From contig OZ193910.1 in NCBI GenBank assembly GCA_964276515.1, positions 806,001 through 870,000 of the forward strand: a stretch of 64,000 bases of DNA, in the 5' to 3' direction. Position numbers and translations under genes: made by a program. How positions within the stretch are numbered: the first letter of the stretch is position 1; every line of letters starts with the position of its first letter. Under the pieces are notes generated by a model, which worked only from the letters and a program-made list of their open reading frames with translations, did no database searches and had not been told where the DNA came from. Positions 24,703 through 36,978 of this stretch are shown one piece after another. The DNA is from Gordius albopunctatus (lineage: Eukaryota).

Positions 24703-27331
24703 AGCCCTAATAAAATTAAATTACTCCTCATTTCAGAAATCGTTTAAAGATTAGTGTAGTAGGAGGATTTGTCACAATATTTTAAATATATTTTATAACG
24801 TTGTTTTGCTTGAGGATATTGGGTAGGGCATCCCGTGTTAGTCTATCTTAAATAAAAATCACATAAATTCTATTAAAGTCCTAAGCCAAAATGTAATGTC
24901 TATGAATGGAACTTTCAAGCAAAATGTCTGATTATGTGTAAATAATTTAGAAAGACAACCATATTGTCATTTCGATTTCTAGGATAGCCTTTGGAAGAAT
25001 GAACTCTTTTCAAGATAATAAATTCTTTTTTCAAATTACTGTGTAGAGATGTTTTAAACAAATTTCAAATTAATTCCTTGTACACATAGAGTGTTGAAAG
25101 CCCCAAAATGATAAACGCTTAAAGCACCTTACTAAATAGACATGAATTGAGTTACAACTTGGTTAAAAACATTTAAGCTAATAAAATTTTAACATGATAT
25201 TAAGGTATGGATTGAATATAAAATTTATAAAGGGTACTCAAAATTGACAAATATTAAGGTTTCTAGTTGGAATCCAAGCATTAGCTATTATTGAGAATAG
25301 GTAATGGGCGAAACTATTGGGTCAAGGATATTTTTGAAGGCGCCAATTATTCTAGAATTACAGCTATATGATTTAAGAAAGACCTATAGTATCTATGACA
25401 TACATCTGGTTAAGTGGGATAAAATTTGTAAGCCGAACCCGGTAAGGCTGTTTTAGAATAAGATAATTTATTGATATTTCATAAGGGTAACTAGAGACCC
25501 TAGCTAGGGCTAGCAGAGGTGGAGCAGTTATTATTTAAGTGGAGTGGAGTGGAGTAGTAAAGGGAAGCTAAAATTTTTCCTATACCTACTTGTCAAACTA
25601 AATGACTATCTGATTTATTTTATCTGTTTTCTCGCCCAGACACATCTCTACAGACACCAAATTCAATTGAACCCCAACCTTTTTAATCGTTATCAATATT
25701 AGGTATCTAATCCATTTAGTTATTCACTTTGTCAACAGTCGACTTACACTAATCCTACAAAAAATAGATCTTCAGCAAGTATTTTTTATTTTTAAGGAAT
25801 TAAATATAGTGTATCGAACATCAACAATTTTAACGTATATTGAGCATATAAAAATAATTTGTAGGAGTACAAAATGAAACAGCTGTGATAATTATACAAA
25901 TATGTATAAATACTAACACCTTTAGAATATCAAGCTTAAGCCATAACGAATCGCTTTAAAAATAAGAATCAATAAACTAGTTATGATTGTGTTTTTTGAG
26001 ATGCATTTTTATCAAGAACACCGAGGCAACATTTTAAAACCTCCTTAAAACCGAGACTCTTGAAAAGCGAAATAAAATTTTGATTATTTAATAAAACCAT
26101 TGGAATTTAATGTGAAATAAAATATTTAAATGAAAGTAAATGGATTATTTGCGCTTCATCTCTAAAATATTAATAGTTTAACGAGTCCCTCATAAGTTGC
26201 ATATTTACGTTTTTTATTCGCTTTATTTATGAAAATTGGCAAAAGTAAACTAAGATGCAATAAACTACTAGTCATGTAATAAAATATGAGCAAATTTTTT
26301 AAAATTAATAAAGAACGAAATGCAAAATGAATTAACGTGATAGGTAAGAAGGTTCCTAAATAAGTGCAATTAGTAAAAAAATATAGAGACCATTTTCATA
26401 TACGGATTAAGGCCATCTAATTGAATTTAGTCATGATGAACATTTTGTTTCAAATATTAAGAATCCATATTTGAAACAAAAAATCAAGAAGCCCCTTTGG
26501 GGTCGGCTTAAGTTTAATATAACTTTCAGGACTGATTACGGAATATAAGGCCCGTTCGAGCCCGTTATGAAACCTCCTTGGCCCTCCCGATTCCGGCCCT
26601 TTAAATTTTTTAATTCGCGAGCTGGACTTTTAGACCCGTCAATGGGCCGGGGCTGCTCGTGGATATCTCTATTAACCAGTTTAATTTTAATGAGGGGCAT
26701 AAATAGGGTGGGATCATTTAAAGGGTTAAACATTCCTATCAGAAGGAGTAGAAGCGAGGTAGTGAGAAATCGTTCAAACTTTACATTTTATAGAGTTACG
26801 TTTTTTTAAACAGGGACCATTCTTAATTTTCGGCCTAAAAGAATTACGATTCATTAATAACAATCTAGTTTAACACAGATATAGAATGCGAAGCCATAAT
26901 TCAATTTCAGGCAAAATAAACTTTTAAACAAGAATTCCCTTTTTATACTCACTTATTATAACACTTTTTAATAGTATATATTTATGTATTGTAAAAAACT
27001 GCTATGATAAAAATCTAGGCAAATGCTAAAAAAGCGCAAAAGATAATCAACAGGCACATTAAAATTGAATTTTAAGTTTATTGCTAGATTTTTGCTTAAT
27101 AACCTCATTCTGGGTTAGGAAGAGGTAGTTTTTAAATTTTCCCAAGCTCTTCTTAATTAGGTCCGATTTGTTGATTATATTCTATAATATTATATTGATA
27201 CTCTAAAAAAACTTTAACATAATATTTATTGCAACAATGAGACACAAATTGACTAATTTATGACGTAAGAGCATTTAATTATGTGAATGAGCTAGTAAAT
27301 TTGCCAACAATCCATTCATAAAACCATTTCA

Positions 27332-28030
27332 ATGCATAATTTATTTGCAATAAGCATTTGTAAAATAATAGAAAAGAAGATGAAGATATAGTGTATGGAA
27401 TCAATGAACAAAATATAAAATATGATTTAAAAGATCGATGTCTCCCCTGAAGTTAATGATTTATAAAGAATGATCCAATGTGGTTGATAATGAAGATAAG
27501 ATAGTGATGATGATCATGATAATGATGGTATGGAAAAGGAAGATACAGAATACGAAGAATATATGGAAGTGGCAGCACAATGTGAAAGTTTAGTTCAGGC
27601 AATTGTTGAGAAAGAAGGAGAAGAAAAGGATGCACCAGAAAACCTTCAAAATATCAACCATACATTTTCCCCCTTGTTAGATGAGGTATCGGAAAACCAT
27701 CATGGGAAAGTAACTAATCCTTACAATGCGCAACTCTACAGCGAGAATAGAGAGGTACCGCGATAATATGAGAGGATTTGTGGGAAAGCATGACGATCAA
27801 TGTCAAGACGACATATCCGGAAATTGCATAAACTCTACATTCCCTACCATTGACTATGAACCCAAAACTTTAACTTGGCAAACTCGGTTTAGTGCCTCCT
27901 TGGATGATGCTCCCCCTAAATAAATATTAATTTATAAAGATGTTAAATCGCCCATTAACAAGCAATATAGAAAAAGAATTAACAAATTTTTCGGAATTTG
28001 TTGCACCGGTAAAAGGAGGAGGGTGTAGGT
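27332..28030 (+). pseudogene. Orphan acidic gene family copy with frameshifts and stops
   Basis: ATG at 27332. EEYMEVAAQCESLVQAIVE, TNPY, YRDNMRGFVGKHDDQCQD and RFSASLDDAPPK align to the minus-strand paralogue across several frame breaks. Confidence 0.75.
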
Positions 28031-28303
28031 AGCATATCTTTTTCTGGGGTCTATAATTAAAATACTCTTCCACGAGCATATTAAATTTAATAATCTTATA
28101 CACTCTACATGAGTTTATCGTAGTTTCTATCATAACATATATATTTCGAAAATAAGTTTCTTTTTGACCTAATATTTTTACAAAATAACTAAGGAAAAAT
28201 ATGATATAGATATTATATTTGTTTCAATCGTTATGTCATTAATGTTAAATATTTAGCTAAAATTTTATGAGGCTCCATTGACTCGGGCCTGACGGGAGGA
28301 CAC

Positions 28304-29146
28304 CTAATAGAGTTCTAAGGTGGGTATAAAGGCGTGGAAGAGTAATTTAATTGTTGACAACAGGCCGGGTTCGGGCAGAAAAAGAAAAATAAGACCATAT
28401 ATAATGAATGATAGGCTACTTACGTCCTCCTCCTTTTTGCGGTGAAACAAATTTCGAAAAAATTCGTTAATTCTTTTTCTATATTGCTTGTTAATGAGCG
28501 ATTTAACATCTTTATTAATTAATATTGACTTAGGGGGAGCACTATCCAGGGAAGCACTAAACCGAATTAGCGAAGTTATAGATTGGGGTTCATAGCGAAT
28601 GCCAGGGAATGTAAATTTTATAGAATTTTCGGATACATTGTCTTGGCATACATCGTCATGTCTGCCCACATAAACTCTCATTTTATCCCTGTATTTCATC
28701 CCATTCTCATTGCAGAGTGGCGGGATGTAGGGATTGGTTAGTGCCCTTGGATAATTTCCCGGTACCTCCTCTAAGAGAGTGAAAATTGTATTACTAAGAT
28801 ATTTTGAACTCGTGTCCTTTTCGTTCTCTTCATTCTCAACAATTGACTGAATTAAAGCTCCACAGCCTTTTGCTGCCACTTCTACGTATTCTTCCTCTTC
28901 CTTATCATTATCATCATTCTCTCCCTCATCAACACTATCTTACTTATTATCATTATTTTCATTACTAACCACGATTTCTTTCTGAATAATATCCGTTGCT
29001 GGATCTTTCTTTATAAAATCATTAACTGCAAACGACACATTAGTCTCAAAATCATTTTTGGTATTTAATCCCTTGGCTCCATACACTAAGTCATCATATT
29101 AGTTTCTACTTTTTTTACATATGTATATTTGAAATAAATTAAGCAT
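28304..29146 (-). pseudogene. Orphan acidic gene family copy, convergent with 27332-28030
   Basis: One continuous frame from ATG 29146 with two in-frame TAA (29101-29099, 28942-28940); possible splice donor GTAAG at 28423; upstream ~95 bp conserved with 27226-27331. Confidence 0.75.
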
Positions 29147-29240
29147 TGAAAGAGTTTTATGATGGATTGTGGGCAAATTTACTAGCTTATTCACATCATT
29201 AAATGCTCATACGTCATAAAGTGTCTCATTGTTGCAATAA

Positions 29241-32200
29241 GCATAATTTTAAGCCTTTTAAAGAAGTAGAAAATTTACGAAGGAACTGCCCGAGAGAAAG
29301 GCGAAGGGTATGGCAAGGAAAACCCAGGGGTGGCAATAATTTTATGAGTGATAGACAGGTGTCTAGAGGAGACGAACCGGGCACAAGCTCCTGTAGTTGT
29401 AAGTGCAGGAGAGGAGAGAAAGGGTAGGAACCAGGGAGGTCTCCTACACCTGTAAATAAACATCTAAAAAATTTATTTAGCCCAGTCCATTCCCCAATAA
29501 ATGTCCCAAAAACCCCTCCCAAAATAATTAGCCCAAAACCCCCTCCCTTACTAGACAGCCCAATATCCCCTCCCATAATACAGGTTCCAACCCACCCTGG
29601 CCTACTAGTTAGATCAAAACTCCTTACTCTAATGAGCAGCCCCACCCCCTCAATGTCCCTGCCAACCCCAATAACAAACCTTACAGTGGATAGCAAGCCC
29701 TCCTTGCTACGCTTGTCTTTAAAAATAAGGGAAGCAGGGAATGAGGTATTAAGAACTCCTGCTGAACTATTACGAGTTTGTAGAAATCTAATCGAAATAG
29801 AAAAAAACTCAGAAGTTAACGAAGGTTTAAGGAATAGTAATTAAAGTACGGTAAATGAAATTGTGAAGGAGGATAAAACGGAAAGGGATTTAAACAGTAA
29901 TAAGGAAGATAATTACGTAAATGGAATTAAAATGTTTTTTGAAGGGTTGACACAAAGTAGCCGTCCCGTAAATAAATTAAAAGTAGACAATAAGGTAATT
30001 GAATGGTTAGGGGACAGTGGAGCTACCATATCGCTATTAAGTAAAACAAAATTCATGTCGACATGGCCTAACCGGAAATGGGATACAGATATCCGGGCTA
30101 GGCAGGTAGACGGGGCCGAAATAGAAATACTGGGAAAAATTAAGGCTGAGGTAGAGGGTGGGAATGGCTTAAGGTGATAGGGCCGTTGAACAATTGATTT
30201 GGCTTGTGTAAGAAAATCCAATGTAGTGGACCACAGGAAATGGGTGAAAGGGATTTCGGCGGAGCAGGTAGGAACCCCTTAAGGATGCCATGTATGGCTT
30301 GGGCTCTAAAGTCTACCTCTCTCGGAGCTGAAATAAACGGACTATCGGTAAAAGTGGAGTCGGAGAATCAACCGACATCTACTACCGACACTCGTAAGCT
30401 TATGGGTGGCGATGCAGTCCGGTCCCTGAGTAGTTGGTTAGGAAGTCTACAGCGAATGATGGAAAGGTTCAAGTCTATCTTTGTAGATGAGCTTGGATGC
30501 CTAAGGGGATACGAGTATGATATCCTACTGAAGCCAGACGCTGTACCAAGGTTTTGGCCAGCGCGAAGAATACCATTTATTTGGCGGGAGAAAGTAGAAG
30601 CCATCTTGTTACAACGGGTAGAGCAAGGGATAATCGAGCCGATGGAATATAGCGAATGGGCTACGCCACTGGTACCCGTCAAAAAGCCCGATGGCAGCTT
30701 GCGCCTTTGCGCGGACTACAGGGTTTCTCTTAACCCGTGGGTAGTAGAAATAAAGTACCCCCTACCCAGAATAGAAGAGATCTTCGCAAATCTGAAGGGT
30801 GCAAAATATTTTAGTAAGTTGGACTTTGCTAACGCTTACCTCCAAATCAAGTTAAATAACCGCTCGTCGAAGTTGACCACAATAAACACGTCCTTAGGCT
30901 TGTTCGCGTTTAAAAGACTACCTTTCGGTCTCAGCCTAAATGCGCACGTGTTTCAGAAGACCATGGCATCAATATTTCAAGGTCTTTCTGGTGTTTTTAC
31001 TACTTAGACGACGTTCTCGTAGTGGGAGCTACAATGAATGAGCACGATAATAACTTGTTGGCAGTGTTGGAACGAATTCAGGAACGGGGCTTACGGGTAC
31101 AGCGTAGCAAATGTGCCGTAGGAGTGACCAAACTAAAATATTTGGGACATCAATTGGGTGATGGAGTTGTTCGTCCCTTACAAAGCAAAGTGGATGCGAT
31201 CCTTAAGATGCCACCACCTCAAAATAAGAAAGAGACACTATCCTTTCTGGGGTCAGTGAATTACTACAACAAGTTTATGCCTCGCATCGCAGAGATAGCG
31301 GCACCTTTGTACTGGTTGACAACGGACAAAGTAAGATTATTATGGCGGACCAAGGAGCAGGAAGCGTTCGATACGTTAAAGAAGATTTTAACGGAAGGTC
31401 CTGTTCTGACATGCTTTGTTCCCGATCTACCATTAGCTGTAGCGGTGGATGCGTCTCAGCTAGGTGTAGTCGGTGTGCTATTGCATGTAATCGGTCAGGA
31501 AGAACACCCAATCCTATACTTTTCACGAAAATTTTTCAAAGCAGAACTTAATTACTCGGTTATCAAAAAGGAAGTTTTGGCGGTGGTAGTGAGTTGGAAC
31601 CGTTGCCGTGAATACTTGATTGGTCGGAGTTTCGATATTTTTACCGACCATAAACCGCTGGTATCACTTTTTGCAAAGGACAATAGGGATCTATTGTTAA
31701 GTCCGAAACTGCAAAAATGGTTATGAGCGCTGGGAAATTTCAATGCAACATTAAAATACCGCAAAGGTAAGTCTAATCACTTGCCAGACACATTATCAAG
31801 ATTGGGAAACGATAGTGATGGCCTAACGTGCGAAGAGTTAGAAGGCAAAAACTTCGCAGAAGTAAACGTAATAAATAACACAAAGTTGCGGCTATCTCGA
31901 TCTTGCAAAATTAACCCAAGAAGATCCGAACTTAGTTTTGGTGTTAAATTACTTGACGGGAAAAAGTATGCTAGAAACGGTACCATCTACTTATCGAAGC
32001 TTGATAAATGAGCTGGAGGTCAACAACAACGTTTTACTACGCAACAAAAATATAGTAATTTCGTCTGTGTTGCGACCTCAAGTACTCGAATTACTTCATG
32101 CAGGTCATACGGGCATAGTCAAGATGAAAGGTCTAGCAAAAAGACACGTCTGGTGTCCCAAGATATCACGAGATATTACGGTGTTCGTGGGACAATGCGG

Positions 32201-32515
32201 AGAATGCGGAAAACTTGCCAGGACCCCAAGACACGACAAGAAGGCGAGATGGCCGTCCACAAAACAAGTTTGGGAAAGAATGCACCTGGACGGGACTTGG
32301 TTCAGGCAGCACAGAAAAAGGAGCTAAAACTCGTCACGATCATCACATTTCGTTACTCTCGTCACGAAAACCATATGAAAATTGATGGAAAACGATATGT
32401 TATTCTAGTAGATGCGCACTCTAGTTGGGTTGAATATAAACAAGTTAGCAAGTTATCTACGGAAGTAGTGGTCGAATTCTTAAAAATCTTGCAGGTGCTT
32501 ATGGGATACCGAAGA
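29241..32515 (+). mobile_element. Decayed Ty3/Gypsy internal region (gag end, protease, RT, RNase H, integrase N-terminal part); no LTRs seen
   Basis: DSGAT protease; SEWATPLVPVKKPDGSLRLCADYR, YPLPRIEE, YLDD split by a frameshift near 31000; DAS...FTDHKPL RNase H; HAGHTGIVKMK...CGEC; integrase truncated near 32510. Confidence 0.93.
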
Positions 32516-33629
32516 CAACTACATTTTTTCAAAGGAAAAAAACTTACGTAAGAGCATTCGTCGGGTAAACAGAACCCCACGAGCCAAAAAGCTTCTATAT
32601 TTTAAAAAGTATTAAGCCAAATCCTATGAAATTTTCACCTAACCTAGTTCTTGATAAAACATTAAGCTACTGAAAATACCAAATTTATTAGACTTAAATT
32701 GCGTTTTATATTTTAATTTATAATTTGCTTTGGGTTTCGAAATACCCCACGAATACTCTGGCGGTTTAATAACATAATTAAATTATTAAAAATCTTTGCG
32801 ATATGGCAAATGTTATAAAATTTCATGTTAATATGAGGCACGCTACGTTTTAGGAGTTTCTTATTATAATATTTTTCTATCAAACTAATTGTATATATGT
32901 CTCAGATTAAATGTTTGAATACATTGTTTATACTATAATAAGTTGTCAAGTAAAATATAACGCAGATGATTCATTATTTTTAATTTAGATTCGGTTTAGT
33001 GTGCTTTTCTGTAAACCAACATTTATTCATCTTTGTTACCCCGCAATGCATTCCAATTTGGTCAATCATGTCCAAATTAAATTCAAAAATGCTATGTTTC
33101 TAAATTAACACATTTTAACCGATTAAATTCCCACCTCTGGTTCATCCAAATTGAGGCGTGCTAACGGTTTTAACCAAAAAATAATTGTATAGTTAGCATA
33201 TATTCAATTTTAAATAGCATCGATTGAAGTAAGAAATTTTTTAGTTAGTTATAGAATATGTCATAATTTTCATGAAAGGTTTCTTATAATCACCATAAAA
33301 AATTTTAATCATTACCTATATTCAGCGATGAGGTCGAATGCACCAGCACGGATATTTTCAATACAAATTCTTTAGCAATTCATGAATGCATCCAAACCAT
33401 TATTAATATAAAAAATGATAATCGTTCTTTAAAAATTTACTATAATATTATTTTAAGTTTCGGGAGATAGATTTAGTAAACGCATAATAAGTTTATTATA
33501 TCATATTCCCAGGTATCAAGGGAGTGGGAAAAATTCTTACATTTATTTTTATAAATTTTATTTATAATATAAGATGAGAGATGAGAAGAGTTCAAACGGT
33601 CCGGCTGACCGGCGGGGCTGTTATCGTAA

Positions 33630-34725
33630 AATTAGATTTTCTGAGGGCCTCGGGCCGACACCATAATAAGATTTGAGCGATTGAAGGGTCTTTTAGAGTC
33701 CTTAATTTTACACCAAACTTTGTAAAATCTCAACTTTTCTTTGAAACATTTTCGAACTTTTTTCCACCGCCACGACTCCTTGAGAATTCTATTTGTGGCC
33801 TTGCTTTCGCCTATCATTGATCGTCCCGTTTTCCGCATTTTTTAGGCTATGCCATTCCCCTGATCCTCATACGATGTATGTTCCCTAAATTCAGCATGTC
33901 TCATTACTTCTTCCCGAAATTGTTGAGTTTTATCATTTACTCTCCTCCATTTCATTGTATCCGCTACTCTTTGTACCTTTTGCCCTTTAAAATATAGTCC
34001 ATCACCAACAGCTTGTGTTGACAAACCAATATTTCACTCGGTATTACTTTTACATTTTGAAAATTCTTCAAGTGCGTTTTGTTGACGCGAAATAAATCTA
34101 TCTGAGGGGTACTTATGCCGCTTTTGTACGTTATAAGATATTCCTGTCGCTTTTTGAAGAAAGTATTTCCTATAGCTAGGTCAAAAGCTTGAGCAATTTT
34201 TAAAATTTCCGTATAGTTAATTTGTTAAGCCGTAACTCCCACCACCATGATTTTTTCATACCCTCTTCTTGATTTACCCACGTGTCCATTGAGGTATGCT
34301 CCAATAACTATGACCCCATATTTACTAAATTGAGATAAGGTATCTTCAAACTCCATTCAAAAAAATATTTTTCCAGTTCTGAGCAACCACTTTAAGGAGC
34401 TGCTGATACAACGTTTATCCTAATAGATTTGAAATAATGTATCCCCATACTCATTGATTCCTTTAACGTCGACGGTGCTGTGTTGAAATTCTTTCGATAA
34501 CAATATACCGACTCCATACCGATGCGTTTCTGTGTCGTTAAAATATAATATGTATCCGTCACCGATATATTCCGCTTTTTGCCCTTCCATTTGGTCTCTT
34601 GTATACAAGCGATATCAAGTTTTCCCCTCCTTAAAACGTCAATCAATTCTCTGCACTTGCTAGTCATTGTACCAATATTCCATGATCTAGATTTGATCCT
34701 AAGCAAACAAATGTCTAACCGCATT
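33630..34725 (-). mobile_element. Decayed RTE-clade LINE fragment (AP endonuclease and linker)
   Basis: SWNIGTMTSKCRELIDVLRRGKLDIACIQETKWKG, G.YLNGHVG and WRW..V...FKEKL..YK.W are homologous to the intact RTE ORF; many frameshifts. Confidence 0.85.
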
Positions 34726-35520
34726 GTGTCTCAAAAACATAAATTACCAGTGGTATGATCAATTATAAAAATAAACGTTACTGCCAATTTCTACATTAAA
34801 ATTCACGTGGCCTTCGTTTATTAACTTGCTTCATAAATATATGATTTTGCCCGTAGTTTAACTTGTAAAAACAAAATTTAACTATCTACCTAAGGATTGC
34901 CATCTGGTCTAAATCAAGTACGCGGTAGCCCTCGCTTATTTCCCACATATTCCAGGCAAAGAATGCGCGCGTTGGTTAAGGGGAACGGCCTAGCTTGGTT
35001 TTCATGCTGTTTATTGTAGTATGCATTCACATTTATATGGAATGAGAGAGTATTGATATCGCGACTTCCCTTGCCTGCATACAATTTGTGAAAAGAAATT
35101 TATTTATAAAAGTAATCAGTCGTCCCCAAAAACAAAAATAGATTTTCCCGCAGAGCGAGGTCGAGAAAAGTTAAGCCAACCAGTGGTTATTAGCTAGTCT
35201 ATATGTAAAAGCAAAGTAAAGGTCTTTTACAGAAACATAATTCTATGGCCACTAAAAATCCGTTTAGGTTTCCATAGCGATTACTAAAAGCTAAGTCGGA
35301 CAGGACAGGACAATCAACAGCGAGCCCATTAATTGCATAACAATTAACTAATATTCTTGTCACCTCGCAAAATAATTTTATGCCGTATCGTTTAGCTATG
35401 TAATCAATGGCATTCCTAACTTTTATACTTTCCTAATGAGGTGGGGGGCAAACTTTAATTAATGTGAGGAGGTGGTAAATTGCAACATGAATTTTTTATC
35501 TTATAACACAGGTCTAAAAA

Positions 35521-36290
35521 AATCCTGCAATTAGACCGATAATTCTGATAGCAAGTTTTAGTTTTTTTCCACAATTTCCAGTTTTTTAGATAAACGAGCT
35601 TGAGGTGCCAAAATGCCTATTGCCTTTTCGAGGTTATATTGCCACGGAATTTTTAATCTTTAGTGTTATATAGTAAAATATTCATGCAGATTAAAGTTTC
35701 CTCCATAGGTCCATTAATTTATTTTTTGCTTTACTTCTATATTCAAAATTATTCGCATTTACGTGAAGCCCTTTCCCTTATTTAAATTCGGCCCACTATG
35801 GTTCGAAAACAGAGTACATTAGAGTTCATACTACACACGCGATGTTTACTAACACATCTCTCCATCCTCCTCTCGTTCTCCCCCACTCCCGCCCCCTTCA
35901 CGTGTGCTTGGATAGATATGGGGGGAATGGGCGAGAGATATGTGTTAGTAAACAACGCGTGTGTGGTATGAACTATAATGTCCTCAGTTTTCCAGACATA
36001 ATAGGACAAATTTGATAAGGGGAAGGGGTTAACAACGCGAATAAATGGTGCAACAAAAAACCAAATTAAGGGACATATAGATGAAACTTTAATCTACATG
36101 AATATATTACTATTTTTAACTAAATATTAGAAATTCCGTGGCAATATAGCCTCAAAAAGGCTTAAAATGGACATTTTCGGCACCTTCAACCTCGTTTATC
36201 TAAAAAACTGGTAATTGTGGAAAAAAACTAAAAACAGATTATTATTCAGCTCAAAATAGTCTATCAAAATAAATGGTCTGATTGCAGGAT
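35521..36290. mobile_element. ~770-bp imperfect palindromic (foldback/MITE) element; one-arm relative at ~47510-47750
   Basis: Arms pair from ATCCTGCAAT / ATTGCAGGAT inward through TTCCACAAT..CCAGTTTTTTAGATAAACGAG, ATATTGCCACGGAATTT and TTCATAC.ACACACGCG.TGTTTACTAACACAT to a centre near 35900. Confidence 0.85.
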
Positions 36291-36978
36291 GTAATCACAA
36301 AGTCAATATATGTAGAGCTGCGTAATTAGCGAACTTTTATATCCACTTGTCTTATTTGTGGTGTCTGGTTCCTTAAATCTGCTTAAGTCATTCCTAGTGC
36401 CTCGCTCTGACCGCATCTAGCTCGGGCCAAGTAGGCCAATTTTTTTCTAATTTACATTAGCCAATATATTTAAAATAGCTTTAAGAAATTTGAAAAATCA
36501 ATACGTTATACGCAACAATTTCTTAATATTAAAATATAATCTTGGGCATAAAATATATGGCACAAATTTATAAAGAGTTATGGGGTATTTTTTTTAATTT
36601 TAGCCATAATTTTGAAATTTTTTAGGTGTAGGAAGGGAAGGAGGGTGGGTCAAGGTGTTACCCCAAACAGGTGTAAGTAAAGTTTATTGGTTGAAATATT
36701 GATTAACTAGTTAAACTTGGGCGAGGATCATTCATTCATTTATTGCAGTATAACTTTAATGGATCATTAATTGGAGGCAATTACTGTCATCTAATTTTTA
36801 TTAAAAAATTGGATTTAATTTGCAATTACATCACGTCATATCCACCTAATCGATTGATTGACATAATGAATTTCTAATTAAAAAGTAATAGTTTCGAGGT
36901 CATTACTTTCCAAATTAATTTTGCTTTACTCTTTCCATTCAATATGGCTTCTAGTTCCTAATTGCGCACCAGTGCAAT

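Noticed and set aside
24850..25550. CpG-poor stretch that looks like decayed coding sequence
   Set aside because: No sustained open frame or recognisable motif on either strand.
28940..29101. In-frame TAA codons, one aligning to Glu, as a sign of stop-codon reassignment
   Set aside because: In the paralogue a TAA aligns to Ser and there are frameshifts; the conserved genes have no in-frame stops, and TAA ends both the MSP gene and the RTE ORF. Pseudogene decay explains it.
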